From the NCBI GenBank assembly GCA_023251075.1, contig JAHEZM010000001.1, forward strand, positions 65,676-129,675: a stretch of 64,000 nt of DNA, written 5' to 3'. Origin of the DNA: Flavobacteriales bacterium. Lineage in GTDB: Bacteria > Bacteroidota > Bacteroidia > Flavobacteriales_C > GCA-002722245. The notes under the pieces are model-generated. The model ran no database searches. It was not told the DNA's origin and saw nothing but the letters and a program-made list of their open reading frames with translations. The stretch's first letter is position 1. Every line of letters starts with the position of its first letter. Shown piece by piece: positions 1 through 10,111 of the stretch. The position numbers were made by a program, and so were the translations under genes.

Positions 1-34
1 AAAAAAAGTGCATCACCTCATGTATCCTGAAAAA

Positions 35-1441
35 TTAATTAATAAGTAATCGCTGATTAAGTATTTTATCGCCATCTTTTATCGATAAAATATAGATTCC
101 TGAATTCAAGTTTAATTGAATGTTGTTTTGTTGTTTTAGCACACCATTTTTACGATATACTTCTTTGCCCATTGCATCGCTCACAATTATGTTTACTGAT
201 TTTCCATTGGAGTTATAATTGAAATTAAAATCACCTTCATTGGGATTAGGATAAACAATCAATTCATTAGATTCCAAATTTTGAATATTTGTGCCGTTCA
301 CAGTCCACGAAATTTCTTTTACACCTCCCCAGTTAGAGCAGAAGGGGATACATAAGGGAACAAAGATATATCCTAAATAAATTTTATCTTGATATAATCC
401 AACACCCCAGGTTCCCTGAGAATTATTAATGCCACCAAAAACGGTAATTGAATCGGGTTGAGCGGGGTTTTCAACACTCACCACATTCATGTCACTTTTT
501 CCTGTAGCAATGAAAAGAAGATTTGAATTTTTATCGAATTGAATTTCGTTGGCGTGACCTCTACTTGCAAACCAATTACTTGTTCCCCAAGGATTCCACC
601 ACGAAACTAATTTTATATCGGAGGTATCCTTAATGTTTAAAATCTCAACACCTGCATAATCAACAGCAACATACAATAGGGTATCGTTTAGCGCAAGATT
701 ATTATAAGCCCTGGGTTTTCCATTCATAGCCGGATTTGAATATCTGCCGGTTTCAATAATATTTTGTTTGTTGGTGGTATTGATAATTCTAATTCCTCCG
801 GCATCATAACACAAATAAACAATATCATTTTTTACAGCCATTCCCCTGGCATTGTATTTAGCGGGATCAGGATTAGGATCTGGAAAACTAATACTAGGAG
901 TGAAGCTCCCTGCAATGGAAATATTATTTTTATTACTAACATCAAAAACAATTAAACCATCTCCCATTCCCCCGAAGTATGCATAATTTCCTTCTATTTT
1001 TACTATGCCTCCACCTGATTTGGCACCACTGTATTTTTTCCATATATCGGTTACAAACGCCTGAGTGGGATCAGTTACATCAACGATCGCCATTCCTGGA
1101 TATTCCCCATTGGTAAATGAATTTCCTAAAGCCAGATAAAGATAATTTCCTTCTTGAGTTACATTCATTACATCTAAAGTATCGAGCTGATTTTTGGTAA
1201 TAGTTTTGATTTTATTAGGGGTAGAACTGATATCGTAAATCAATAAACCTTGCTCTTTGGCCGCAACATAAATTACATCCTGTCCTTGTTTGTCGTGTTC
1301 GATAGTAAGAGCCGGATAAGCAAAATTAAAAGGTATTTCCCAATTCAATTGAAGATTTACTTGTGGACTTTGAGCGAAAATATTGAGACCAAGAGTCAAT
1401 AAAAATAGAAGAGATAGATTTTTCATTTCAAAGATTTTCAT
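35..1441 (-). CDS. Secreted beta-propeller-like protein with T9SS type A (Por) C-terminal sorting domain
   Basis: 468-aa ORF. It has a signal peptide (MKNLSLLFLLTLGLNIFAQ) and repeated blade-like segments. The last ~75 aa (YPNPNEGDFNFNY...GIYILSIKDGDKILNQRLLIN) fit the T9SS CTD pattern. The start could also be the Met 5 codons downstream. Confidence 0.8.
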   Translation of the reverse strand: MKIFEMKNLSLLFLLTLGLNIFAQSPQVNLQLNWEIPFNFAYPALTIEHDKQGQDVIYVAAKEQGLLIYDISSTPNKIKTITKNQLDTLDVMNVTQEGNYLYLALGNSFTNGEYPGMAIVDVTDPTQAFVTDIWKKYSGAKSGGGIVKIEGNYAYFGGMGDGLIVFDVSNKNNISIAGSFTPSISFPDPNPDPAKYNARGMAVKNDIVYLCYDAGGIRIINTTNKQNIIETGRYSNPAMNGKPRAYNNLALNDTLLYVAVDYAGVEILNIKDTSDIKLVSWWNPWGTSNWFASRGHANEIQFDKNSNLLFIATGKSDMNVVSVENPAQPDSITVFGGINNSQGTWGVGLYQDKIYLGYIFVPLCIPFCSNWGGVKEISWTVNGTNIQNLESNELIVYPNPNEGDFNFNYNSNGKSVNIIVSDAMGKEVYRKNGVLKQQNNIQLNLNSGIYILSIKDGDKILNQRLLIN

Positions 1442-1503
1442 CTAAAGTCGGAATTATTGGGAATAAATCAAACTAAAATATTGATTTTGAATAATCTATG
1501 ATT

Positions 1504-3867
1504 TTATTTTCCTGCCATCATTTCTATTTGAGAATGGAAATGTCGGATAGATCTTAGCGATTGAAGAAGCTCTTCGTCTTTACAATCTGGATATTGCTTT
1601 TTAAAGAATCCAATTGCATATCCGCTAGTCTCTTTTGCTTTCGCTAAGTCCCCTGATCCATATTCTTTCATCATAGCTTCAATAGATTCATTGAGAACGG
1701 CAATACACAATAGTTTTTTGTGTTGAAGATCGTTGGCTAGAGGTAGAGAATCATTATTCACCAGCCAATTCAAGTAAATCATTTCTTCTTTAACAATGTT
1801 CTTTTGCTTTTTAGTATCGTAATATTTTGTTTTTACCAGCACAGGTTTTTTAGCAATTTCATCGCTTATATTTTTAATTGAAAATTTAACCAAGGCAATT
1901 TTATTAGCATTGGCTTCAACATCTGTAATCATTATTTTATGTGAGTATTTGCTGGTGCGTAGCGCTTTGAACCCAAAAACCTGTTTGAATGAGATGTTAT
2001 CGGAATAAAATATTTCAATGTTTAAATCGGTAGAATGGGTATGTGATAGGCTTAAAATTTCTTTTTCTATTGACTGTTCTAATGTTTTGGTATCGCTTAC
2101 TACATGTACATGACCTTTTCCATTTACTGCCAAAGTAGTAAGTAATCTTTTGTTACAATTTCTACTAATACCAATAGTGCTTAATTCTATTCCTTCTTTA
2201 TTGAATTCTTTCGATTTTAGTATCAACTTATCTTCTGGAGTTGTACCGTAACCATCACTCATCAGAATTACACGATTGATTCCGTTGGGAAGGAAATTAG
2301 ACAATACCTGATCATATCCTCTTACCAAAGCTTTATAAATATTAGTTCCGCCCTTAGCCTGAATTCCTAGTATAATCGATCGTATATTGGTACATTCTCC
2401 CAAAGGCATTGCTGCTAGTAGTAAATTAGTTTCTTCATCAAAAGTAACGATGCTGATAATATCTGTTTTTTGTAATTTTTGAATTTGAAATAATAAAGTG
2501 TTTTTAAGCATTTCTATTTTTGAATAGCCTTCCACAGAACCACTTTTATCGATAACAAAAGCTACGTTTACCGGCGGTTTAGAGGAGGAATTAGAATCGT
2601 TGTTGGTAGAATATCCTATTTCCATTACTGCTTCTTTTGAATTTTCATTGATAGCATTGCACCATTTAGGGTAGATTTCAATGGCATGATTGTCAACCGG
2701 TGATGAAAATTTCTTACCGTTATAGTCGTTGTAGTTCAATAATTTTAATTCAGGTATATCATTATTTACAAGCACTTCGTTAACGGTGGATGGTTCATAA
2801 TTCACCCCACTATTTTCGGAGGGATTGTAATAAGAAGTTGAAAAAGAGGAAGTAGAGGAGGGAGCATAGCTTGTTCTTATTGCATTACCATCTTTGGAAG
2901 GGTAATCAATCACTAAGAAACTAGTGGATTTTCCAGGATTGGTGGAGTAATCAAGAAATTGAACATCTCTATGTTTATTAAAATGAACTTTATATTTTCT
3001 TTTGGCAGGAACCATAAAATAAGCAAAGCCTCCTACTAAAATAGTGGATCGATAGACAGTGTTACTTCCTTCCATTTCAAGATAAAGAACCTCATTAGAA
3101 GGAACACCTGCGCCTACTTTTATTTTAACCAAAACTCTTCCGTAAGCTTCCTCTGTGCTATCTGAAATAATTTGTTGAATGGTGTCTGCTTTAATATAAT
3201 CAACTACTGTAGAAGAATCATAGGTGATGTCTAAATCGTATTCACCGCTTTCAGATCCTATTTTTACAAAAGAATAACTATCTAAATCATCTACATCTAC
3301 TTCGTATTCTGAATTGTTAGGGACTTTAAATTTCGCTACTCCTTTGCTGTTGGTTTTAGTGATAAAGGATTTCCCTAAACTTAAGCTTGATAATTTCACG
3401 AGATAGTTGGTTAAAGGCGTGCTATCTCCTCTAAGAATATTTACGCGAACAACAGATTTGTTGGGATTCAAATCCATTTGATTGGGCTTTACGTCTTCCA
3501 TGATTAATTTTGTAAATCTCCTATCGGAAGGTTGATGCATTGTCGGATCAGAAGCGCTATTGTCGTAAGTAATAAGCATATTACCAATTACACCCCATTC
3601 GGAAGGCACATCAATAACACCAGCATTTTGAATATCGAGAATACTGGCTATCCATTTTTTTCCACTACTAATTTGAAAGACAACCACTCCGTTGGAGTCG
3701 GTAGTTCCGGAAGTAATTTCATTGCTAGTACTTTCATTAAGTTTTACCTGTGTATTGGCTAAAGGATTTTTGTTGTGATCAACAACTGTAATGGTGGTGG
3801 TAATGGAACCTTGTCCGTTTACAATAAAAATAAAAAAGCTAAAGCATGTGCTCAATAGTATTTTCAT
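1504..3867 (-). CDS. Secreted von Willebrand factor A (VWA) domain protein with N-terminal carboxypeptidase-regulatory-like beta-sandwich repeats
   Basis: 787-aa ORF with a signal peptide. Two CarboxypepD_reg-like segments are present (ITVVDHNKNPLANTQVKL..., VRVNILRGDSTPLTNYLVKL...). A MIDAS-type motif VAFVIDKSGSVEG is followed by ILMSDGYGT. The C-terminal region is helical. Confidence 0.75.
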   Translation of the reverse strand: MKILLSTCFSFFIFIVNGQGSITTTITVVDHNKNPLANTQVKLNESTSNEITSGTTDSNGVVVFQISSGKKWIASILDIQNAGVIDVPSEWGVIGNMLITYDNSASDPTMHQPSDRRFTKLIMEDVKPNQMDLNPNKSVVRVNILRGDSTPLTNYLVKLSSLSLGKSFITKTNSKGVAKFKVPNNSEYEVDVDDLDSYSFVKIGSESGEYDLDITYDSSTVVDYIKADTIQQIISDSTEEAYGRVLVKIKVGAGVPSNEVLYLEMEGSNTVYRSTILVGGFAYFMVPAKRKYKVHFNKHRDVQFLDYSTNPGKSTSFLVIDYPSKDGNAIRTSYAPSSTSSFSTSYYNPSENSGVNYEPSTVNEVLVNNDIPELKLLNYNDYNGKKFSSPVDNHAIEIYPKWCNAINENSKEAVMEIGYSTNNDSNSSSKPPVNVAFVIDKSGSVEGYSKIEMLKNTLLFQIQKLQKTDIISIVTFDEETNLLLAAMPLGECTNIRSIILGIQAKGGTNIYKALVRGYDQVLSNFLPNGINRVILMSDGYGTTPEDKLILKSKEFNKEGIELSTIGISRNCNKRLLTTLAVNGKGHVHVVSDTKTLEQSIEKEILSLSHTHSTDLNIEIFYSDNISFKQVFGFKALRTSKYSHKIMITDVEANANKIALVKFSIKNISDEIAKKPVLVKTKYYDTKKQKNIVKEEMIYLNWLVNNDSLPLANDLQHKKLLCIAVLNESIEAMMKEYGSGDLAKAKETSGYAIGFFKKQYPDCKDEELLQSLRSIRHFHSQIEMMAGK

Positions 3868-3931
3868 AAATAAAGGATTTTAGATTGATCTCTCTACTAC
3901 TCAATACCGAAAAAGCAAAACGTTACAAGAA

Positions 3932-4828
3932 CTATTGAATTTTTTTTAAGGAATCAATTTGATGTGCTAGAAAAGTGGAAATTGGTAAAGCATCTTCAGA
4001 AAGAACATGCACTTCATCAAAGGTTTTTAATTGAGGATAATACTTTTGCAAAGGGATATAGTATGTTCCGTGTTTTTGGGCAATTTCTTTCATCTTATCT
4101 TCATGTTGCGGCCAATATTTTTTTTGAATGTTGTACAATTTATCTCCAATAGGAACATTTACTAAATATACTTCACCGTATTGTTGTAGGTAATCTATAG
4201 TTTTTTCAAGGTATTCAATACGGTATTCGGAAGGTTTGTTTTGATCGGATTCTTTTTGGTATTGAATCAATTTAGCTTTTTTCATTGCCTCTGTTTTTTC
4301 CGTTGAAAAGCTATTGTCTACTACAGAGAATCCATTTTCGTAAACATGCATATTTATTTTTTCGTTGTTCATCAATGGAGCATAAACAGGTGTTTCGTTT
4401 TTAAAAATGTATTCGAAATTAGGATCAACATCAATAAAAATTTGTCTACCAACACAATTTTTTTTGTCGGTTTTAACACTTTTCTCATTGTCTTTTTCTT
4501 CCGATAATCCGTAAGGATCCACTTCTAAAATGAATAAGTTGTTTTCACCTCCTTTTATTTTTCTTTTAATAGCGTTGAAATATACCTCGCCATAAGGAGA
4601 GGCCGCTGCTGTAAATGCAAAATTATGCATATCAGGATATTTCTTAAATGCCGATGGATCTATTGCAAATCTTGCTCTACTGGTGCCAATGATCAATGAA
4701 TTGTTTTCGTGGGTTAATTTTAAATAATTGTAATCATTAAATTTCTCAATATTGAAATACACAATCAATAACCAGGCAGTGATGGCAAACCCAAGTACTA
4801 TCGATATTTTAATAATAAACTGTTTCAT
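3932..4828 (-). CDS. Membrane-anchored DltD/SGNH-like protein, probable partner of the adjacent MBOAT acyltransferase
   Basis: 298-aa ORF with one N-terminal TM helix. It has a GDS-like block (LIIGTSRA) and a C-terminal DxxH block (FDEVHV). Its start overlaps the MBOAT stop by 1 nt. Confidence 0.5.
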   Translation of the reverse strand: MKQFIIKISIVLGFAITAWLLIVYFNIEKFNDYNYLKLTHENNSLIIGTSRARFAIDPSAFKKYPDMHNFAFTAAASPYGEVYFNAIKRKIKGGENNLFILEVDPYGLSEEKDNEKSVKTDKKNCVGRQIFIDVDPNFEYIFKNETPVYAPLMNNEKINMHVYENGFSVVDNSFSTEKTEAMKKAKLIQYQKESDQNKPSEYRIEYLEKTIDYLQQYGEVYLVNVPIGDKLYNIQKKYWPQHEDKMKEIAQKHGTYYIPLQKYYPQLKTFDEVHVLSEDALPISTFLAHQIDSLKKIQ

Positions 4829-6246
4829 TAAAATTGGAAATAGATGAATTGATCTCTTTCAAAAATGCCAATCATTAAAATTGTTAATACGATAACAATA
4901 TACAGCGGCCACTTAATGTAATTATTAATTCTACTGATTTTGCTGTTGAATCCATCAATATTGAACTGACAAGTTTCAAAAAACAACAAGCTAAATATCC
5001 CTAGAAACGAAAGATACAACTCTATAGGATTGCTTTCTGATTTGAACATGTATATGCCTAATTGATGGATGTCAACACGACAAGCTTGTTGTATAATAAT
5101 CCAAGCATTTTCAATACTGCTGGCTCTAAAAAATATCCAGCCAATTAAAATGAAAAAGAAAACAAATGGAATTTTAATAAGTTTACTATTTACTTTAAAG
5201 TATTTTGATACAAGAGATTCTATGGTAATAAGAACTCCATTATAAATACCCCAAATAATAAAAGTGAAATTAGCACCATGCCATAAACCTGAAACAAAAA
5301 AAGTAAAGATGAGATTGAAATGGCGACGAGCTTTTCCCACTTTATTTCCCCCTAAGGGAATGTATACATAATCTTTAAACCAGGTAGATAAACTGATGTG
5401 CCATCTCTTCCAAAATTCACCAAAACCAGAGGAGAAATAGGGGAGATTGAAATTTTTCATCATATTAACTCCTAATACTCTTGCTGAACCAATAGCTATA
5501 TCTGAATACCCCGAAAAATCACAATAAATTTGAAAAGCAAAAAATACAGTTCCAATAATTACAGGAAAACCTTCTAAATTTTCAGGATGATCGAACACCA
5601 AACTTACATAGGGTGATAATCTATCAGCAATTACCGCTTTTTTGAATAAACCCAAGGCTATTAATTTGGTACCTGATACTGCCAATTGATAATTGAAAGG
5701 ATTAACAGCTTTTAGTCGGGGAATTAAATGGCAGGCTCTTTCAATCGGACCAGCAACCAATTGAGGGAAGAAGGATACAAATAAGGCGAAATAGCCAAAA
5801 TGTTTTTCGGCAGGCATACTACCTCTGTATACATCTATAGTATAACTTAAAGATTGAAAGGTATAAAAGGAAATTCCAACAGGAAGCAAAATATGAAAAT
5901 CGGGAAATACGGTTTGGATATTAAAAACACCTAATGAAAGTTGAATAGTATCGGTGAAAAAATTAAAGTACTTGAAAAAAAACAGGATACTTAAGTTGGA
6001 TAGGATACTACCAAACATCCATATTTTTTTTAATCTTTTTGTTTTGCTGGATTCTATTTTTTTAGCGCAAAAGAAATCTATAGTTGTTGATGTGAACAAT
6101 AGGAAGATATAATTGATCTCCCAACACATATAAAAATAGTAGCTAGCAGCCAATAAAACAGTCCATCTGTATTTCCCCGAAATAGAGTAAAACAGTACGA
6201 AGACTAATGGCAGGAAAAGAAAATATTGTAAGGTATTAAAAAGCAT
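4828..6246 (-). CDS. MBOAT family O-acyltransferase (AlgI/DltB/PatA-like)
   Basis: 472-aa polytopic membrane ORF. The conserved MBOAT region WHISLSTWFKDYVYIPLGGN...SGLWHGA includes the catalytic His. Confidence 0.88.
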   Translation of the reverse strand: MLFNTLQYFLFLPLVFVLFYSISGKYRWTVLLAASYYFYMCWEINYIFLLFTSTTIDFFCAKKIESSKTKRLKKIWMFGSILSNLSILFFFKYFNFFTDTIQLSLGVFNIQTVFPDFHILLPVGISFYTFQSLSYTIDVYRGSMPAEKHFGYFALFVSFFPQLVAGPIERACHLIPRLKAVNPFNYQLAVSGTKLIALGLFKKAVIADRLSPYVSLVFDHPENLEGFPVIIGTVFFAFQIYCDFSGYSDIAIGSARVLGVNMMKNFNLPYFSSGFGEFWKRWHISLSTWFKDYVYIPLGGNKVGKARRHFNLIFTFFVSGLWHGANFTFIIWGIYNGVLITIESLVSKYFKVNSKLIKIPFVFFFILIGWIFFRASSIENAWIIIQQACRVDIHQLGIYMFKSESNPIELYLSFLGIFSLLFFETCQFNIDGFNSKISRINNYIKWPLYIVIVLTILMIGIFERDQFIYFQF

Positions 6247-6296
6247 TCGCTACTAGCGTTTGCTGCGAATGTATAAAAAATGATTTTAAACTGAAA

Positions 6297-6662
6297 TTAT
6301 CTCCTTTGATGTTCGCTTTTGATTTTTCGGGTGACACGCTCGTATTCAGGACACTTACTCATTAAAACAGTATATACTTTAACCATTAACCTTCCATTAT
6401 CGGGATTCGATTCATCCATTTTTTTTCCTTGTTCACCACTTTGATAACTTTCAATAATGGCTGCTTGATTTTTAGCTTGTGCTTCATTCAAACAAGCGTT
6501 ACGCATGGCATTGACCTTAGAAGCTGAAGAGTCTGTATTTATTTTCTTCAAACAGTTGCAAGCTGTATCTGCTATTACATCTTCAATTTGAATTTGAGCT
6601 GATAAGGATGGGGTTGTTGCACAAAATGTTGCGAAAAGCACCGCTGATAGTAGTTTTTTCAT
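6297..6662 (-). CDS. Small secreted protein, unknown function
   Basis: 121-aa ORF with a signal peptide (MKKLLSAVLFATFCATTPSLSAQ). It lies immediately upstream of the MBOAT gene on the same strand. Confidence 0.6.
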   Translation of the reverse strand: MKKLLSAVLFATFCATTPSLSAQIQIEDVIADTACNCLKKINTDSSASKVNAMRNACLNEAQAKNQAAIIESYQSGEQGKKMDESNPDNGRLMVKVYTVLMSKCPEYERVTRKIKSEHQRR

Positions 6663-6796
6663 TTTATAAAATTTGTTTTACAATCAAAAAGTGCGATCGA
6701 ATTCCCAAAGATCAATCCAAATTTTATGAACAGGGTTCTAAATTTAAAGATTGTGTGACTAAAATAACTATTTTTATCCGGCTTAATCAAATAATC

Positions 6797-8185
6797 ATGA
6801 CATTAATAAAATCAATTTCAGGAATAAGAGGTACCATTGGTGGTCCGGCAGGTGAAGGTTTAACACCTCTAGATACAGTTAAATTTGCCAGTGCATTTGG
6901 TACTTGGGTGAAAGAAAAAAGTACTTCCAAAAAAGTGAAAATAGTGTTGGGAAGGGATGCAAGAATTTCCGGGCCAATGATCAAAAGCATAGTGGTATCA
7001 ACTTTACAAGGTTTAGGCATAGATGTAATTGATTTAGATCTTTCTACCACACCTACTGTGGAAGTAGCGGTGGTTGATCTTAAAGCCGATGGTGGAATTA
7101 TATTAACAGCGTCTCATAATCCTAAACAATGGAACGCTTTGAAATTACTCAACAATAAAGGTGAATTTATTTCTGCTGAAGATGGAGCGAAAGTTTTAAA
7201 GTATGCTGAAGAAGAAAAATTCAACTATGCTGCAATTGATGATTTAGGAAAAGTAATTAAACATGAAGGTGGATACATACTAGAGCATGTTCGACATATT
7301 TTAAAATTACCTTATGTAGATATAGAGGCTATAAAAAACGCAAAGTTTAAAGTGGTGGTAGATGCTGTAAATTCTTCGGGAGGCATTGCTGTTCCTTTTC
7401 TATTGAAAGCCTTGGGGGTAACTGATGTAGTTGAACTGTATTGCGAACCTAATGGAATTTTCCCTCACAATCCAGAACCCCTTCCTGAACATTTAACAGA
7501 AATTTCTGCCCTGATCCAATCTCAGAAAGCGGATGTAGGTATTGTGGTGGATCCGGATGTAGATCGTTTGGCGATGGTTTGTGAAAACGGAACTATGTTT
7601 GGCGAAGAGTATACATTAGTAGCTGTGGCTGATTATGTTCTTTCTCAAAAGAAAGGCAATACCGTTTCTAATCTTTCTTCTTCGAGAGCATTGAGAGATG
7701 TTACTGAAGCGAGAGGTGGGCAATATGACGCAGCAGCGGTAGGGGAAGTGAATGTGGTAAACAAAATGAAAGAAAATAATTCGGTGATAGGCGGTGAAGG
7801 TAATGGAGGTGTTATTCTACCTGAATTGCATTATGGTAGAGATGCCCTGGTTGGTATCGCTATATTCTTAACGCAATTGGCGAAATCAGGAAAATCTGCT
7901 TCCCAACTAAGAGCTTCTTTCCCTTCTTATTTTATATCTAAAAATAAAATTGAATTAACTCCTGAAATCAATGTTGATGCTATTTTAGAGAAAATGGCTA
8001 AGAAATATGCTCATGAAAATATAAGCACTATTGATGGAGTAAAAATAGATTTCCCTAAGGAATGGGTGCACTTGAGAAAGTCGAATACAGAACCTATTAT
8101 CAGAATTTATTCTGAGAGCGCCAATAAAGAAAAGGCCGATCAATTGGCCAATCAAATTATTGCAGATATTAAGGGAATGATTTGA
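6797..8185 (+). CDS. glmM: Phosphoglucosamine mutase (alpha-D-phosphohexomutase family)
   Basis: Motifs seen are SGIRGTIGG, the active-site loop TASHNPKQWNALK, the metal loop VVDPDVDRL and GGEGNGG. I placed the start at the ATG at 6797 (MTLIKSISGIRG). The longer ORF from 6608 overlaps the opposite-strand gene and has no homology-like sequence. Confidence 0.85.
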   Translation: MTLIKSISGIRGTIGGPAGEGLTPLDTVKFASAFGTWVKEKSTSKKVKIVLGRDARISGPMIKSIVVSTLQGLGIDVIDLDLSTTPTVEVAVVDLKADGGIILTASHNPKQWNALKLLNNKGEFISAEDGAKVLKYAEEEKFNYAAIDDLGKVIKHEGGYILEHVRHILKLPYVDIEAIKNAKFKVVVDAVNSSGGIAVPFLLKALGVTDVVELYCEPNGIFPHNPEPLPEHLTEISALIQSQKADVGIVVDPDVDRLAMVCENGTMFGEEYTLVAVADYVLSQKKGNTVSNLSSSRALRDVTEARGGQYDAAAVGEVNVVNKMKENNSVIGGEGNGGVILPELHYGRDALVGIAIFLTQLAKSGKSASQLRASFPSYFISKNKIELTPEINVDAILEKMAKKYAHENISTIDGVKIDFPKEWVHLRKSNTEPIIRIYSESANKEKADQLANQIIADIKGMI

Positions 8186-9294
8186 TGAGGGTTTATTTCG
8201 ATAATGCCGCCACTACTCCCGTAGCCGAAGAAGTAATATCGGAGGTTACCAAAGTGATGCGCGATCATTTCGGAAATCCATCTTCTATTCACCAACAAGG
8301 AAGGGATGCAAAATCATTAATTGAACTTTCCCGAAAACAAATTGCCCATTTTATTGGTGCTCAATCTTCTGAAATTATTTTTACCGGTGGTGGAACAGAA
8401 GCAGATAATTTAGCGATTCATGCGGCAATTCATGATTTACATGTTCAGCATATTGTATCCAGTAAAATAGAACACTCTGCTGTTTACAATACTTTAAATA
8501 ATTGTACGGCTAAGGTTCATCATGTAAATTTCAATAGTGCTGGTGAAATAGATTTAGAGCATCTAAGTGCTATTCTTGAATTATTAGAAGGTAAAGTATT
8601 GGTGAGTTTAATGCATGTGAATAATGAGTTGGGCACCATTCTTCCTATTAAAGAAGTAGGGGAAATTTGCAAGCAGTTCAATGCCTTTTTTCATTCTGAT
8701 ACTGTTCAGAGTATCGGACATATACCTATTAATGTAAAGGAAATTAATGTTGATTTTATTACTTGTTCAGCACATAAATTACATGGATTGAAAGGTTCAG
8801 GTTTTTTGTATGCAAATAAAAAAAACAAAATAAAATCACAGATAATAGGAGGGGGGCAAGAGCGTGATATGCGCGGGGGAACTGAGAATGTAGCGGGAAT
8901 TGTGGCGATGGCAAAAGCAGTTTCTTTGTGTGATCTTTCTAAAGATTATGAACATGCTTCAGTCTTAAAATTGAAATTACTAAAAGGATTAGAAGAGATT
9001 TTTGGTGATCAAATGAAGCTGAACGGAACTTTATCTAATTCAACTCCTTTTGTTTTAAATGTATGTCTGCCTAAATTGTCTTCTGCTTCAATGCTGTTGT
9101 TTAATTTAGATATTGAAGGTGTTGCTGTGTCGGGAGGGAGTGCTTGCGCATCAGGAAGTCATAAGGGCTCAAGAGTTCTTAAAGAATTAGGTGTTGATGA
9201 AGAATTACCTGCTGTTCGATTTTCTTTTAGCAGAAACAATACTGCTGAAGAAGTTGATTTTGTATTAGAGAAAATTAAAAAAATCTACTCATGA
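8185..9294 (+). CDS. Cysteine desulfurase (NifS/IscS family, class V aminotransferase)
   Basis: It has the PLP-lysine motif SAHKLHG and the active-site Cys loop SGGSACASGS. The ATG at 8185 overlaps the glmM TGA. Confidence 0.85.
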   Translation: MRVYFDNAATTPVAEEVISEVTKVMRDHFGNPSSIHQQGRDAKSLIELSRKQIAHFIGAQSSEIIFTGGGTEADNLAIHAAIHDLHVQHIVSSKIEHSAVYNTLNNCTAKVHHVNFNSAGEIDLEHLSAILELLEGKVLVSLMHVNNELGTILPIKEVGEICKQFNAFFHSDTVQSIGHIPINVKEINVDFITCSAHKLHGLKGSGFLYANKKNKIKSQIIGGGQERDMRGGTENVAGIVAMAKAVSLCDLSKDYEHASVLKLKLLKGLEEIFGDQMKLNGTLSNSTPFVLNVCLPKLSSASMLLFNLDIEGVAVSGGSACASGSHKGSRVLKELGVDEELPAVRFSFSRNNTAEEVDFVLEKIKKIYS

Positions 9295-10052
9295 AAATAA
9301 CTTTCCTTGGTACTGGCACTTCGCAAGGAATTCCTGTTATTTCTTGTTCGTGTGAGGTTTGTACTTCTAAAAATCCAAAAGATAACCGACTGCGTGTTTC
9401 GGTAATGATAGAGGAGGAAGGGAAGAATTTTGTGATTGATTCCGGTCCGGATTTCCGACAACAAATGCTTCGTGAAAAAGTAAAAAGCTTATCGGCAGTA
9501 GTATTTACACATGAACACAAAGATCATATTGCCGGATTAGATGACGTTCGTGCTTTCAATTATTTCTCAGGAAATCCTATTGATGTTTATGGTGATGAAA
9601 GAGTTCACATTGCCTTGCGCAGAGAATATCATTATGCGTTTTCAGGAGTTAATTACCCTGGAATTCCAAAACTCAACGTTCATCTCATCGACAAAAATCC
9701 TTTCGATGTACAAGGGGTTAAGTTTATTCCTATAGAGGTTTTACATTATCAGTTACCGGTGTTAGGATTCAGGGTAAATGACTTTACTTATATTACCGAT
9801 GCAAATTATATTAGTGATGAAGAATTACTAAAGATAAAAGGAACTAAAGTTCTTGTTTTAAATGCTTTAAGAAAAGAAAAACATATCTCACATTTCACCT
9901 TGAATGAAGCTATAGAGCTTATTGAAAAGCTTAAACCAGAGCGCGCTTACCTAACGCATATTAGTCACCAATTAGGCTTACACGATGAAGTAAGCAAAGA
10001 GCTTCCTGAAAATGTTTACCTCGCTTACGACGGATTACAGATAGAATTGTAA
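9291..10052 (+). CDS. MBL-fold metallo-hydrolase (PhnP-like)
   Basis: It has the HxHxDH motif (FTHEHKDHIAG) and an N-terminal Cys cluster CSCEVCTS. Its start forms an ATGA overlap with the upstream gene. Confidence 0.8.
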   Translation: MKITFLGTGTSQGIPVISCSCEVCTSKNPKDNRLRVSVMIEEEGKNFVIDSGPDFRQQMLREKVKSLSAVVFTHEHKDHIAGLDDVRAFNYFSGNPIDVYGDERVHIALRREYHYAFSGVNYPGIPKLNVHLIDKNPFDVQGVKFIPIEVLHYQLPVLGFRVNDFTYITDANYISDEELLKIKGTKVLVLNALRKEKHISHFTLNEAIELIEKLKPERAYLTHISHQLGLHDEVSKELPENVYLAYDGLQIEL

Positions 10053-10111
10053 GAACAATTCTTATTTTCGTAGCGCAGGATTTCTAATAACACAATTAAA
10101 GTCAATTATAC

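Noticed and set aside
6608-6796. The 63-codon N-terminal extension of the glmM ORF.
   Set aside because: It overlaps the opposite-strand 121-aa gene and has no homology-like sequence. The canonical mutase N-terminus begins at the ATG at 6797.
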